Positions 1-11,200 of a stretch of DNA of 64,000 nucleotides are shown piece by piece. Source of the DNA: Vicugna vicugna (Eukaryota); NCBI GenBank assembly GCA_013265495.1, contig MU057999.1:186001-250000 (forward strand). Reading direction: 5' to 3'. Each line of letters starts with the position of its first letter. Within the stretch, counting starts at the first letter, position 1. The notes below the pieces were generated by a model, which saw only the letters and a list, made by a program, of their open reading frames with translations, was not told the origin of the DNA and did no database searches. A program made the translations under genes and the position numbers.

Positions 1-939
1 GCCGCTGGAGGACACCTGTTTACCTCCTGGCTCTTGGGTCCCTGTCTTGCTTCATAGTCCAGTCCTGATGTGGTTTCTTAAAGGAGGAGCAGGAAGCACC
101 CCAACCACGCCTCCTGGGAGGCGCTGCTGTGTGGCCAGAACAAAGCCTCCAAAAGGGTGTCCAGAGACTCAGATACCGGAGGATCTTTCTGGCCCCAGAC
201 TTACAGATGCAAAGACCTGCAAAGCAAGCCCCTTCCCCGCCCCAACTTCCTCACTGAAAGCCTGGAGAATGAGGGGCTCCAAGCTCAGCCTTGACCTCTA
301 ACTTCGGGGCAGGCGCTTCCTTGCAGAAGCTATTCAACTCGCAGAGACCTTGGGGGAGAGGAGGGGTGCGAGCCGGCCAGGACACCAAGGGAAAGGGCGT
401 TGTTTACAGTTCTTCCGACTCTATTGTTTCCAAGGACACAGTGTGGCCATTTCCCACAACAATGGCGTGATGGGGTCAGAATTCCTCGCGTCTGTTTGTT
501 TATAACAGAAGTCACCATTTCACCAAAACTGTTTACTAAAAACTGTCTTCCGGTATCAAATTTGAAGATTTTGGTCTAAATGTGACTGGCGGGTTTACTT
601 GCTACAGGGTTCCTGCAAAGCTGGGGCCAGGCTTGGCCAGGCTGCAGGAGTGGAAGGGGCGGCCCTGCAGACGCCCTGCCCTGAGGAGCCTTGCAGGGCC
701 GAGGAGCCTGCAGAGCAGCTGCCCTGCACAGTGGGCCCAGAGGGAGCAAGACTGGGTCTTCCTCAAGCCTGTGTCTCTAACCACTGCAAGTTATGGGCAG
801 TGAGGAGAAGCTGAAGCCCGTTGCGAGGTTTGTCTTGCTGAGTCGGATGGCGAGGTTGCGGGGTGTCCTGGGTCTTTCCTGGACAGCTCAGTGTCTGCTC
901 CTCCCATCCCTTCCCCATCTCCACTTTCCGGGGTCTCAG

Positions 940-1760
940 GACAAAAGATGGTGCCTCTCCCTCCCACACCCCACTTCTCATCCATCAACAACCCCTGCTG
1001 GCCCTGCCCTCAGTATATGGACCACCTCCCATCACCTCCCCAGCGGCCGCCCCACCACAAGCACCATCTTCCACCTGGGTCATTGTCAGGACTTCCTTGC
1101 TGTTCTCCCTGCTTCTGCCTTCATGCCTCTACGGTCTGCTCTCTACATGGCTGCAGAGCAATCATTTCAAAGTTAGCCTGGTGTTTTCACTCTTCCAGAA
1201 TATTTCAGAGTCCAGAGGACCCTTCCCAGCTCACATGGAGTCAATCCAAAGTCCTTTCCAAGGCCGTACGTCCATGTCCAGATGGCCTGTGCCTTCCATG
1301 ACCTGTACAATCTGCTCCCAATCACCCCACCCCACCCCCAGCACACTTTCCTTGGGCCTCATCTCTTACCCCCGCCCCCTTGCTCACCCCTCCCAAGCAC
1401 ACACTGGGCCCTGGTTCTTCCCTGAACCCCACAGCCCCCACAGCCCAGCTGTTCCCTCCTCTCCCACACAGCCCTCCTCACTTCCTTGAGTCCCTGCTTG
1501 GGTACCCCTTCAACAGAGAGCCCTTCCCTGACTGTCCTGACAAACTGCCGGTGTCCCCCCCACTGCACACCCTCGTCTTGTCCGCTACTTGCTTCACAGC
1601 ATTGCTGACACCTTAGTTCTCTGTTTGTGGCTCATTTATTCATCGTGACCATCAACAGCTCCTCAAGGGCCAGATGTGGTGGTGTTCGCAGCTCTATCCC
1701 CGCTGCCCAGCAGTCCACACCAGGACCTCCAATAAGACTTGTTTAATAGTGATGATTAGA
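940..1760 (+). mobile_element. Ancient L2 LINE 3' fragment
   Basis: Pyrimidine-rich L2-like motifs (caccatcttccacctgg, aaagtcctttccaaggcc, cagctcctcaagggccag ... caataagacttgtttaat). Confidence 0.6.
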
Positions 1761-2614
1761 TGAGTAGATGCTGAGGGCCGCCCCAGACAGCCATGATTTC
1801 TCTCCTCCACCCACAGCTGATGAGGTCAGGTAACACCAACCCCCAGGCAGGCCAGCACCTAGCAGATCAGGAGGAGAAAGCTCAGCCCTCACGCGTGGTG
1901 GGAATTTGTGGGCCAACCCCACGTCAGTCTCCAGTGCCCTCTTTCTCAGGAGTCTAGGGAGAAGATTAGCCAGGAGATAGCAAGAAAGAGAAGTTACCCC
2001 CTGAGGGTCCCCAGCTGCAGAGACAGTGGCTTCCCATGGAAAAGCCGCAGGTGCACGGATGAGGCCCCAGGCTGCCCCAGCCCCCAGCTTCCAGGTGTTC
2101 AAGTGCCATTGGGAGCCACCAGGCCAGGATGAAGAGCTGTTCCAGCCACATGTACAATATGGTGCTGCTAGTGTCGATGTTAGGATTGGGAGCAAGGTAC
2201 GGGAGGGTTACTGTGCGTGAGTAAGTCCTGTGTGGGACAGAGGACTGCCTTCGGTGGCCTTTCGCTGGTCCAGCTGGCCAGGGAAAGCACTCCAGAGAAG
2301 GAGGGCCAGAAAGCGTGCTCACAACATCAACAGGCAATCATGAACTTGGGAGGGTATTCCAGGTAGAGAAATTAAATACAATAAGAAACAACAAAATTGT
2401 TTACTGAGCAGGGGCTGAGAAACTGGAAAACAATCTTGCAGATTGGCTAAAGTGTAGGATTCACCCTGTGGGGACCAGAAAGAGATGATCAGATTTCTCC
2501 AGCACCTACTGTGCACCAGGCCCGGTGCTCAGTGCAGGAAGATGAATCAGGCCTGATTTTCCCCACCCTATCACAGCCTGCACGAGGAAGTGATGCCAGA
2601 AATAGTGTGTAGCC

Positions 2615-2615
<1 letters not shown>

Positions 2616-2649
<34 letters not shown>
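2616..2649. repeat. (AC)17 microsatellite
   Basis: Direct reading. Confidence 0.95.
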
Positions 2650-2652
<3 letters not shown>

Positions 2653-2809
2653 GAAGACATACTTGGAATGAGAGCTTGCTTGATGGCCTTTGTCAAGCCT
2701 CTGAAACTATTTCTCCCAGAAGAAGACAGCAGCGCTATAGGAAAATGAGGTCCAAGAGGATGGCCGTGTCTCAGGTCTCAGGCAAGTCCCTGGGACACGC
2801 CCTGCCAAG

Positions 2810-3327
2810 GGAGACTTCACGCAGGAAAGAATTCAAGAGTGAGCCACAGTTGAGTAAAAGTTAATTTATTCAGAAATACACACTCCATATACGGGCCTTC
2901 TCAAAAGGCAAGAGAAAGGTCTAGGAGATACACGTTCCATAGGCAGAGTGCGGGCCATCTTACTCAGAAGGGAGCGTGGTGGCCTCGGAGGATGGGGTTG
3001 GCTAGGAAAAGTGGGACTGGCCACGAGGTAGTTAGTGTTTATGGGCTGGGTAATTTCATATGCTAACAAGTGGGAGGATTATTCCAACTCCTTTGGGGAA
3101 GAGGCTGGGATTCCCAGGAACTGGGCCATCACCCGCTTTTTGACCTTCCATGGTCAGCCTTGAAACTGTCCTGGTGCCTGTGGGAGTGTCATTCAGCAGC
3201 TATTGTATTTCAATAAGTGTACACTGAAGCGCAAGGTCTAGTGGGAGTTGAACCTTCCATCATCTTGGTGCCAACTGTTGTGTCATTCTTTTAATGGTTG
3301 AGCCCTGCCCCCTTCCCTCCAGCCTCA
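2810..3327 (-). mobile_element. ERV1-class solo LTR, MER41-like
   Basis: Minus strand begins TGAGGCTGGAGGGAAGGGGCAGGG. Plus-strand cgcaggaaagaattcaagagtgagcc...agttaatttattcag resembles the MER41-type U5/poly(A) region. The left boundary is uncertain. Confidence 0.65.
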
Positions 3328-5459
3328 GTAGCACTGGAGGAGCCACAGGGCCACTCAGAGGCTGCCCCCAGCTCCTGTTCTGCAGGCCCCTGGAGACCAG
3401 CCTCCCACCTCGAAGCAAATTTCTTCAAGCCGCCCTTGTTCCTTCCAACAAAAGCACCAATTAGGTCCTCCCATCAGAAACTAGCGACTCAATGGTGTCA
3501 TTAGTGAGAAAAAGCAGAATGCAGAACAGCGTGTGAGTAGGTGAATTCCATTTGTGATGTTAAAAGTCACCATGCTAGTGTATATATATAGGTTAGCTTT
3601 CCGAGGGAACTAAGATGCTGGCAGCATGGGGTGGGAAACAGGAGCGGGATAGAGATTTCGTTTTTATGGGCTTTATTACACATTTTGCATTTTGCATCAG
3701 GTTTATGTATTACTTAATCAAAACAAGGAATTAATTTTTCACATTTTAAAAACTTCCTAAGCTCTAAGGAGCCAGACTGCTTCACAAGCAAGTCCCCAAG
3801 CAAGGTGGCCCCCAGGCCTTCCTCACCACTGGGTGCCAGTCAAGTGCTGTGGTCCCAGGCATGCCACGGGCTCCAGCCCACCCATTCTCAGAGCACCCAG
3901 GCTGGAAGGCACGTGAGGGCCTGTGGAGGCCCTGCGGGCAGGGGGTCTGGAGCACCAGGCCAACTCTGAACCACTCCCGCAGCTGCAGTCTGAATCAAGG
4001 TCCCAGGAGAGGAGACCCCATTGACCAGTCCTCAGTCTGGTGCCCACCCTCGGCAGCATCAGGGTGATAATGGAAGGCCTGAGGCTGGGAGGGGACATCC
4101 TGCCGGTGCCTGGGACCACCCCTGCCAGGGCTGCCTGCAGCGGAGAAGCTTCACTTACTTCACTGGGCGCTGTTGGGTGCCAGACCACCCCACCCGACCG
4201 CACATCCCCCATGGGCCGCTGGAACACAGTGCACTTGAAAGGAAGGGGGGGACAAGGCCTGGCGGATGGCGAGATCCAAGGAAGCAGGGGAGTGAGTAAC
4301 CGACCCGGAGGCTGCGCGCGTTTCCCCCCACAGAGCCCTGCGAGAGAGATGAGGCCGGGTCTTGAAGAACTGATAAGCTCTTCTGAACATGAAGTTACAA
4401 TTTCAGGGGCAATCAACGGGATTTGGTTGTATGACTCATGTTATAAACCCATCAGGACTAAACCTCCGAGCGGTCGGAGTGCCACACCCTGAGCCTGATT
4501 CTTGGCAGGAACCAGAGAGCTGAGCGCCGGCATCGTCCCTGGGGAGGCTCGGCCGCCCTAGGATGTCGGAGGTGGGTCGGGGGAGCCCAGCACGTCTCTG
4601 AACTCTCCGGCTGAGCAGCCAGCTTCTTGGCAATCGTGGGGTGCCCTGCCGTCTATGGAGGGTCATTTTTCTTTTGCGAAAATATTGAAATAATTGGAGC
4701 TGAGTGACACAAGTCTGGCCTGAAAATCCCTGCCATGAGTCCTGAAGCTCAGGCTGCCAAACATCAGTGTTCTCACTAGCTTGGTCAACATTAAACAATG
4801 ACTTCCGCTTGTGACTAGCGCTGATTAAATACCGTTTTCTGAGGTTGCTTTTTATTACATTAAAATCTGTATTTTGGACTAGCTAATAGGGTAACCATAC
4901 GCCTCACTATTGTTATCAATGAAATATCAACCATGCTGGGGCAGCCCAAGGGGTTTTCAGTTACAGCTGATACCAAAAAGTCCAAGGCCTTAAGGAAAAT
5001 CCTTCTCAGCTACAGACTCAGAGAAAGGATTGGGACACCACACGCCCCACCCCAGCCCCAATCTCCCTTGGCAGTCAGCCTTTCAAGATGAGGGCTCTGT
5101 TCTAACTTCAAAATATTTCTGGTCCCCTCTGTGAGAGCAGCTTGCTTTGTCCTGCTGTGTGACCTTCTGAGAACGGGGCGGGGGTGGGGGTGCTGGGGGC
5201 TGGAGGGAACTGTCTCCAACCTCTGGCAGAGGTCCCTGGGGCCCTCAACCCCAGCCTGTTTCCCCAAGAGGGGGACCAACTATCCCAGTTTATGCAGGAC
5301 TGAGGGGGTTCCCAGGGCATGGGACTTTCAGAGCTAAAGCCAGAAAAGTCCAGGGCAAACAGGGACAAGTTGCTCAACCTTCTCCCCTATCATTCACTCT
5401 GATTCAGAAGGATGGGGAGAGGCAGTGTGGGCCTGGCAATAACAAGTCAAATTCTAATA

Positions 5460-5660
5460 ATTTCTCCCGCAATGTGGTCCACCTGCTCTAGACTCTGTGC
5501 CAAGGGCTTTTCACGCATTATCTCATCACACACTTCCTACAAATGCTTTCCCCAGGTGTCCCAGAGGTTAAATGACTTGTCCAAGGTCACCCAGACAACA
5601 GATGGAGAGGCAGGAACGAGGACACAGGTCTACCTGGAGTCAAAGCCTCACCCTTCACCT
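5460..5660 (-). mobile_element. MIR SINE fragment
   Basis: Core MIR motif cccagaggttaaatgacttgtccaaggtcacccag. Confidence 0.75.
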
Positions 5661-6173
5661 TGGAACGACATGAATATAAACCAATCATTCTACAGTCTCC
5701 TATGCCACTTGTTTTTAAAGCTTTGCTTGGGAAACCCTAAAAGATTTTTGAAACCACTTTGGACTTTTAACTCTGAAGTATTTTATCATATGTCTAAATT
5801 GCTTGAAAATAATTTTTGACCTATTGTAAATATTAAATAAAACTGTCACACCACTCTTTAAAATGTATGCAATGATGGAAATGCAAAATAGCACCATCTC
5901 TATGGAGGGGAATTTGGTAATATCTAGCAAAGTTACATGAGTATTTACCCCCTTTCTCAGCAGGCCTACTTCTAGGAACCTATCCCAAAGCTACACTAGC
6001 AAAAAATACAAAACATGTTATAAGACCAAAGCGCAGTTTATAATAGCAAAAGTCTGGAAATCTGCATTTCCAGCAATCAGGGACTGGTATAATAAACCAG
6101 AGCATGTCAATACAGTGGTGCTCCATGCAGCTATGAAACAGAATAAAGAAAATTATGAATACATTCTTGGTAT

Positions 6174-6611
6174 TGTTGCTACAAAACCAGACTCTGTTCC
6201 CTGAAAACAGGTGGATATTTGGAGGTAGAGTTTGGAAGCATTAGAAAAGAGCGGCTTTGTTGCTTTGCCAGGCAAAGGGGAGTCACAGCAGGCTCGTGCC
6301 TCACGGACTGTGGATCCATCTCGGGGTTGGGATCTTATGAGGTCTTACAGAAAACTGGATGGAACAGAAAAGGTGATAACAGTCAGGGCATTTTACAAGG
6401 TGCTACATCCTTACATTCTTTTACAGAGGGGCTGTCCATTCTTCTGGGATTATTGGCCCATTACCTTCTTCCTGGTTAAAGCTATTGAATGTTTGTGGGT
6501 TGTTTAGCATAAAAAGTAGTAAGAGAGAGAAAGCAAATTGCAGGATTTCTTAGAAAAAAATCAGCAAACAGTTTTAGCACCAGGGAAGTTAGTTCATTTT
6601 CTACTCCTTCA
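6174..6611 (-). mobile_element. ERV1-class solo LTR
   Basis: TG...CA termini with an imperfect 4-bp TSD (gtat/gaat). Minus strand starts TGAAGGAG. The R/U5 region is similar to the LTR at 32663-33262, and the L1 flanks rejoin across it. Confidence 0.75.
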
Positions 6612-7165
6612 GAATAATCTGCAGGGCATGTATTGTTCAACGGGGAAAAGGCAAGGTGTAGAATCATCTGGATAGTACACTAGTTTTTATATAAGTTCTG
6701 GGGGAATACATATAAATATATTTGTCTACATTTAAAGACAAAAACAACAACAGTTGAAGAGGAAATACAAATGGTTTCCTGTATGGAGAGGAAGTGTAAA
6801 GGGTGCAGGGGAAGAGAATGGAAGCCGAATTTCTCTAAATTTACTTTGACTTTGCAATCATGTAGATGTTTTAGAGAATAATTAAAGAAAATTAAATGAA
6901 ATGAACCTAACTGGATATCAAGCTGATGGCTTAACCATGCAGAGAGTTACTATTAACATTAAAATACAGTAATTTGGCTGAATATTTCAAATAAGACATA
7001 CGATAAAATAAACTGCAAGGAAATCTTTAATTGCTCAGTTGAATAATCATACTGTGGGGATAATATTAGTAATATTATTCTGAAATTATTGTATATTAGG
7101 ATAAAATAAATAATTATATTAGTGTTAGCAGGACTCAAAATTTCCGACATAAGAAAAAAGATACA

Positions 7166-7344
7166 GGGAGAGGGTGTTGCTCAGTGGTACAGTGTGTGCT
7201 TAGCATGCACAAGGTCTTCAATCTCCGGTACCTCCATTAAAAAATAATAAATAAATAAATAAACAAATGAATGAATGAATAAATAAATAAATAAAATAAA
7301 TCTATCTAATTGCCTCCCTCCCCAAAAAGAAATTTAAAAAAGAG
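7166..7344 (+). mobile_element. tRNA-Ala-derived camelid SINE (Vic-1-like), diverged copy
   Basis: Head gggagagggtgttgctcagtggtacagtgtgtgcttagcatgcacaagg, (AAAT)n tail, TSD agaaaaaagataca / agaaaagagatata. Confidence 0.85.
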
Positions 7345-7824
7345 AGAAAAGAGATATAAATACAAAAATTTTAAAGTTAAGTCAAATTCTGTAATCTTAA
7401 AGTTTAATTTGAAATATGAATATTGACTCTTAAGTTATTTTTATATTTAAAAACAAATACCTATTTCCTAGCTCTGTCCTCTGAAAAGACATAGAATTAA
7501 TGACTTACCCAGTAGCAATGAGCACCCCAGCACCTAGATTATGGTGTCTAAATACCATATCCCAATAAAAGTCTTCTGGGAGAAATGTCCAGAGGCTGAA
7601 GCAAGAAATGTACAAGGTAAGCCTGCAAAACTTTGTTAAACTAGAAAGCAAGGATGCTACCCGAGACTACTGGGGTCATGTCAGTATATCACAGGAGTCA
7701 AGTCCCACTGACCAGATACAGAATGATTTGAGCATCAAAATGAATAATGACTGCAATGAAATATTACATCAAATAAACTTAAAAAACTGAATCCATGCAT
7801 AATAATACAAAAACAAAAACACTG

Positions 7825-8220
7825 ACTCAGGCCATGGGCACTGAGCACCCCTGCATGTCTTTTATGGATATGCAAAAGATGCAAGGCCCTGGCCACTTTT
7901 TACTCAGGTCATTGATCAGGGTTATGTTAGCAGAGAGCAAACCTGGAGGATGATCAACATCTTCCTCCAGCACAAAGGTGACTCCTCATCCTCCAAGTTA
8001 AGTGTTTCTCACTGTGATGCAGGCCTATTACATTATGACATCCACCTGGGCTGCTCCATGTCACCCCATGGGACCTGGGAGATAAGAGGACTGACACTAA
8101 CACGAAGTGCATGTTGCTTGCTGGGATGTGAGAAAAAGGTCTCCATCTCTGACCTAGGAGTTGCATGTCTTTGGCTGTGGTGGCTAACTTGGTAGCTCTT
8201 GGAAAGATAAGGTCCCAGAC
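7825..8220 (+). mobile_element. Old ERVL-class LTR (family uncertain) nested in the L1 3' UTR
   Basis: LTR-like motifs gatgcaaggccctggccact...tctctgacctaggagttgcatgtc...ggctaacttggtagct, followed by a (GACA)n run. Confidence 0.55.
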
Positions 8221-11200
8221 AGACAGACAGACAGACAGACACCCACATCACTGGTCACCTTTAGAAATTATTAGGACACCAGCTTATTGTTTTGAAAATT
8301 GGTAAAAGGCAAGCATCTATTGCAATTCCTGCACAAACTATACATCAGGGTAACTAAATAGTTGATGTAGGAAAGTTCTTTGTAGATGAATGTTAGCTAA
8401 TAAGTTCAAAAGGGGTGGACAGAATTTGAAAATCATTTTGCACAACCTAATGTAATAATTAATCTAGGAAATGTTTGTTAATGACCGTCCTTTAAAACCA
8501 CTAGCTAGAATGTTGATGAAAAATTCTGCAGTGCATCACTCTACAATGAATAGCTCACAAAAACAGAGACAAGCATTTATGCAACTCTTGCTGCAAAAAA
8601 TAAGAACCAAATTGCACCATCTATGAAATGTTCTTACAGAAAATTGCCCATGAATCTGATTAAACCTCCAGACCTAACTACCATTCACAGGAAAGCGGGA
8701 ACAGAGAAACATGTGAATGACACCAAGAGGGTGCAATCAACAAAGTCCAGAATATGAGAATCTCTGCAGGACAGATGACTTGGTTTCTTCAATAAATAAA
8801 TGACTGGGGAACAAAATTAAAAAGAGAGAGGCAGAAATGCCAGATATTGCAGGAGATTTAAGTAATACCCATCAAATTCAATCAATGTGTGAACTTTGTT
8901 TGGATGTTTTAAACAAACAATTTATAAAAAAGCCATTTCATGAAACAATTGAGGAATTTAAACATGATGGAATAAATATTCCATGATGGCATTAAGGAAT
9001 AATTGTTAACTTTTAGGTGCCACAATAGCATGTGGTTATGTTTTTGAAGAAAGAGTCCTTACTTCTTAGGAACTAAAGTATGCACAGATGAAACGATCTG
9101 TCTGGAATTTACTTTGAATGAATCCAGTGCCTAGAGGCAGAGGAAGGAGTGGGAGTGGGGTTTGGAGATGAGACCAGATCCATTATATGCTAATTATTAC
9201 AGCTGGTCCTGGACACATGGGGATTTGTTCTACTATTTTCTTTACTTTTATAATTGACGATTTCCATAATTTTAAAAAAAGTATTTCTAAGCAAACTGGT
9301 GCTATTCCTGGGCTTCTTAAATAATGCAACTAATGAAGTCCAAATATACACCAGTTGTGTATTTGATGGAATTAAAACAGTACACCAAATCTGAGAGGAA
9401 GGAATTAATCTATTGAAATGAAGCTGACTTTCTAAAAATGGTGAACATTCCATCCTAAAGAGCATTTGGGACCATTTTGTCCCACGCCCTTACCTAAGTA
9501 GACAGTTTGCTTTTAATTCACTTTCTGGAAATTACTAGCTTAAAGAGAAGGCAAAACCACTGTCAATCATGTGAAAGACATCAGGGTTTTGGTTACCAAA
9601 AGGGGATTGATATGCTCGAAAAGATTGGAACTCGCTGGACTGGGGATAAGTGGAGTGCGCCCCTCTGGATGCTGCCCTGACTTCCTCTGCCCTGTCCCGG
9701 AATCCACTAGGCACCTTCTCTCTGCACTGGGAGCCTGCCATCGGGCCCTCCGGGGGCAAGCTCGCTCAGGCTGATCCTCCCCTCTTCCCTCCCTTTGCCC
9801 ATCTCTCTCCAGCTCCTGTGTCGGGACCTGCAGCCACATGTGATACAGTATGGGAAGCAGCAGACGCCTGGCCCTGCCATAAATCTGCCCTCAGGGAGTG
9901 AGGCCCATCCTCTCTTTGACCCTCTCCTCCTCATAGACCCTTCCCTCCATCCTCACTATTCATCCCCTGGGTTTCCAGACAGGCCTTCCTTCACCATCCC
10001 CATCAGGGAAGGCAGCCTCCTGTGTGCTCCCCAGGGCCCAGCGGCAGACCCGCATCCTCTCCTGCGAAGTGCTGGCCTCCTGGGGAAGCTGGCCAGCCAG
10101 GAGCCTCTCGAGCCCTCCCAGTCCTTTGCAGGCTGCTGCCCATGATGGGAGAAGAATGAGGAGGTGCTCGTGGAATGAGGAGACAGAGTAGAGGCACAGG
10201 GCAGCGTGTGGTGGAAGGGAAAGGATGGGCTTAAATGCCCCCCAAGAGGGCACAGAGTGCAGTGCTCAAAGAAGGAAAAGGTGAGGGCAGGCAACGATGA
10301 GCAGATGGTCAGCAGACACTCCTGGGGTGGGTGGGGTGGAGTGTGGAATCCTGGGCTAATGAGGAGGAGGGACAGCCAGAGGGAAGTGGGCCAGTCAGTT
10401 ACTGATTCATTCATTCTGAAAATGGATGTTGTGAGAGCCTCCAGCAGAGCTGCAGTGTCTGAGGCCAGGTCCTACGGCAGAAGACTCCCTATTCAGAAGG
10501 TGTTACAGAGCTTACTGCCTGATGGACCACTGTCAGAGCTCAGGTCCTGGGGGACCCTCATCAGGGCTCGGAGCCTGGGGGACCTGCATCAGAGCTCCAG
10601 GCTTCTCAGGGCTGGCCCTAATGCCTCATGGCTTGCAAGAAGCTACCTGGCAGTGTTTCAGGGTTTCTACACCTTCTTGATAATAGGGCTCTCTCCAAAC
10701 ACTCAGCTCCTATGGGGAAAGTTGGGCTGGGAGTACAGTGAGATTGGGTCAGGTGAGAAGAAAGGAAGGGGTTCCCGGGGACTCTAGCCTGTGGCAGGCG
10801 GCTGGGCCAGTGTGTCCCTGCAGGGAGGAGGAGTCATCAAACAGGAAGCCCCCCTAGACGAGGAGCTCTGCCTGGAAGGGCTCTGATGCCCCGACCCTCC
10901 TCAGTGCCCCACCAACACCCGGAGAGGCGGCGGCACAGGCAGGGAGGCTGCGGTCTGAGGAGCATCAGGTGCCCAAGAAGGAGCCCCCGTGAGTTCAGCT
11001 GCCCCAACACCCCTTGCTCAGAGGCACTGTGAACCCCATGAGAACTCCTGCCACAGCTCAGACCCCTCACTTCTGGTTTCTCTAGGGCAGAGTGAGACGT
11101 AGGCTGGGAGTCAGCCCAGAGGACAGGCTGGCCAAAAGCAAGAACATGATTGGACAGGCAAATGTGCACAGCCCTGTCCCACACTGGCCCTGCCAGAGCG

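Larger units (their letters stand above)
5850..9285 (+). mobile_element. Old L1 (L1MC/ME-like) ORF2 end and long 3' UTR, interrupted by two LTRs and a SINE
   Basis: L1 ORF2 C-terminal motifs (ctacttctaggaacctatcccaaag) and an L1MC-type 3' UTR (gaagcaagaaatgtacaaggtaagcctg; ...ttgacgatttccataattttaaaaaaa). Confidence 0.7.

Noticed and set aside
863..1489. 208-aa ORF, the longest in the track
   Set aside because: Pro/Ser-rich translation of a C-rich L2 remnant with no recognisable domain.
3823..4798. Overlapping 120-197 aa ORFs / possible SLCO2A1 first exon
   Set aside because: GC-rich chance ORFs; none resembles the SLCO2A1 N-terminus or any protein I recognise.
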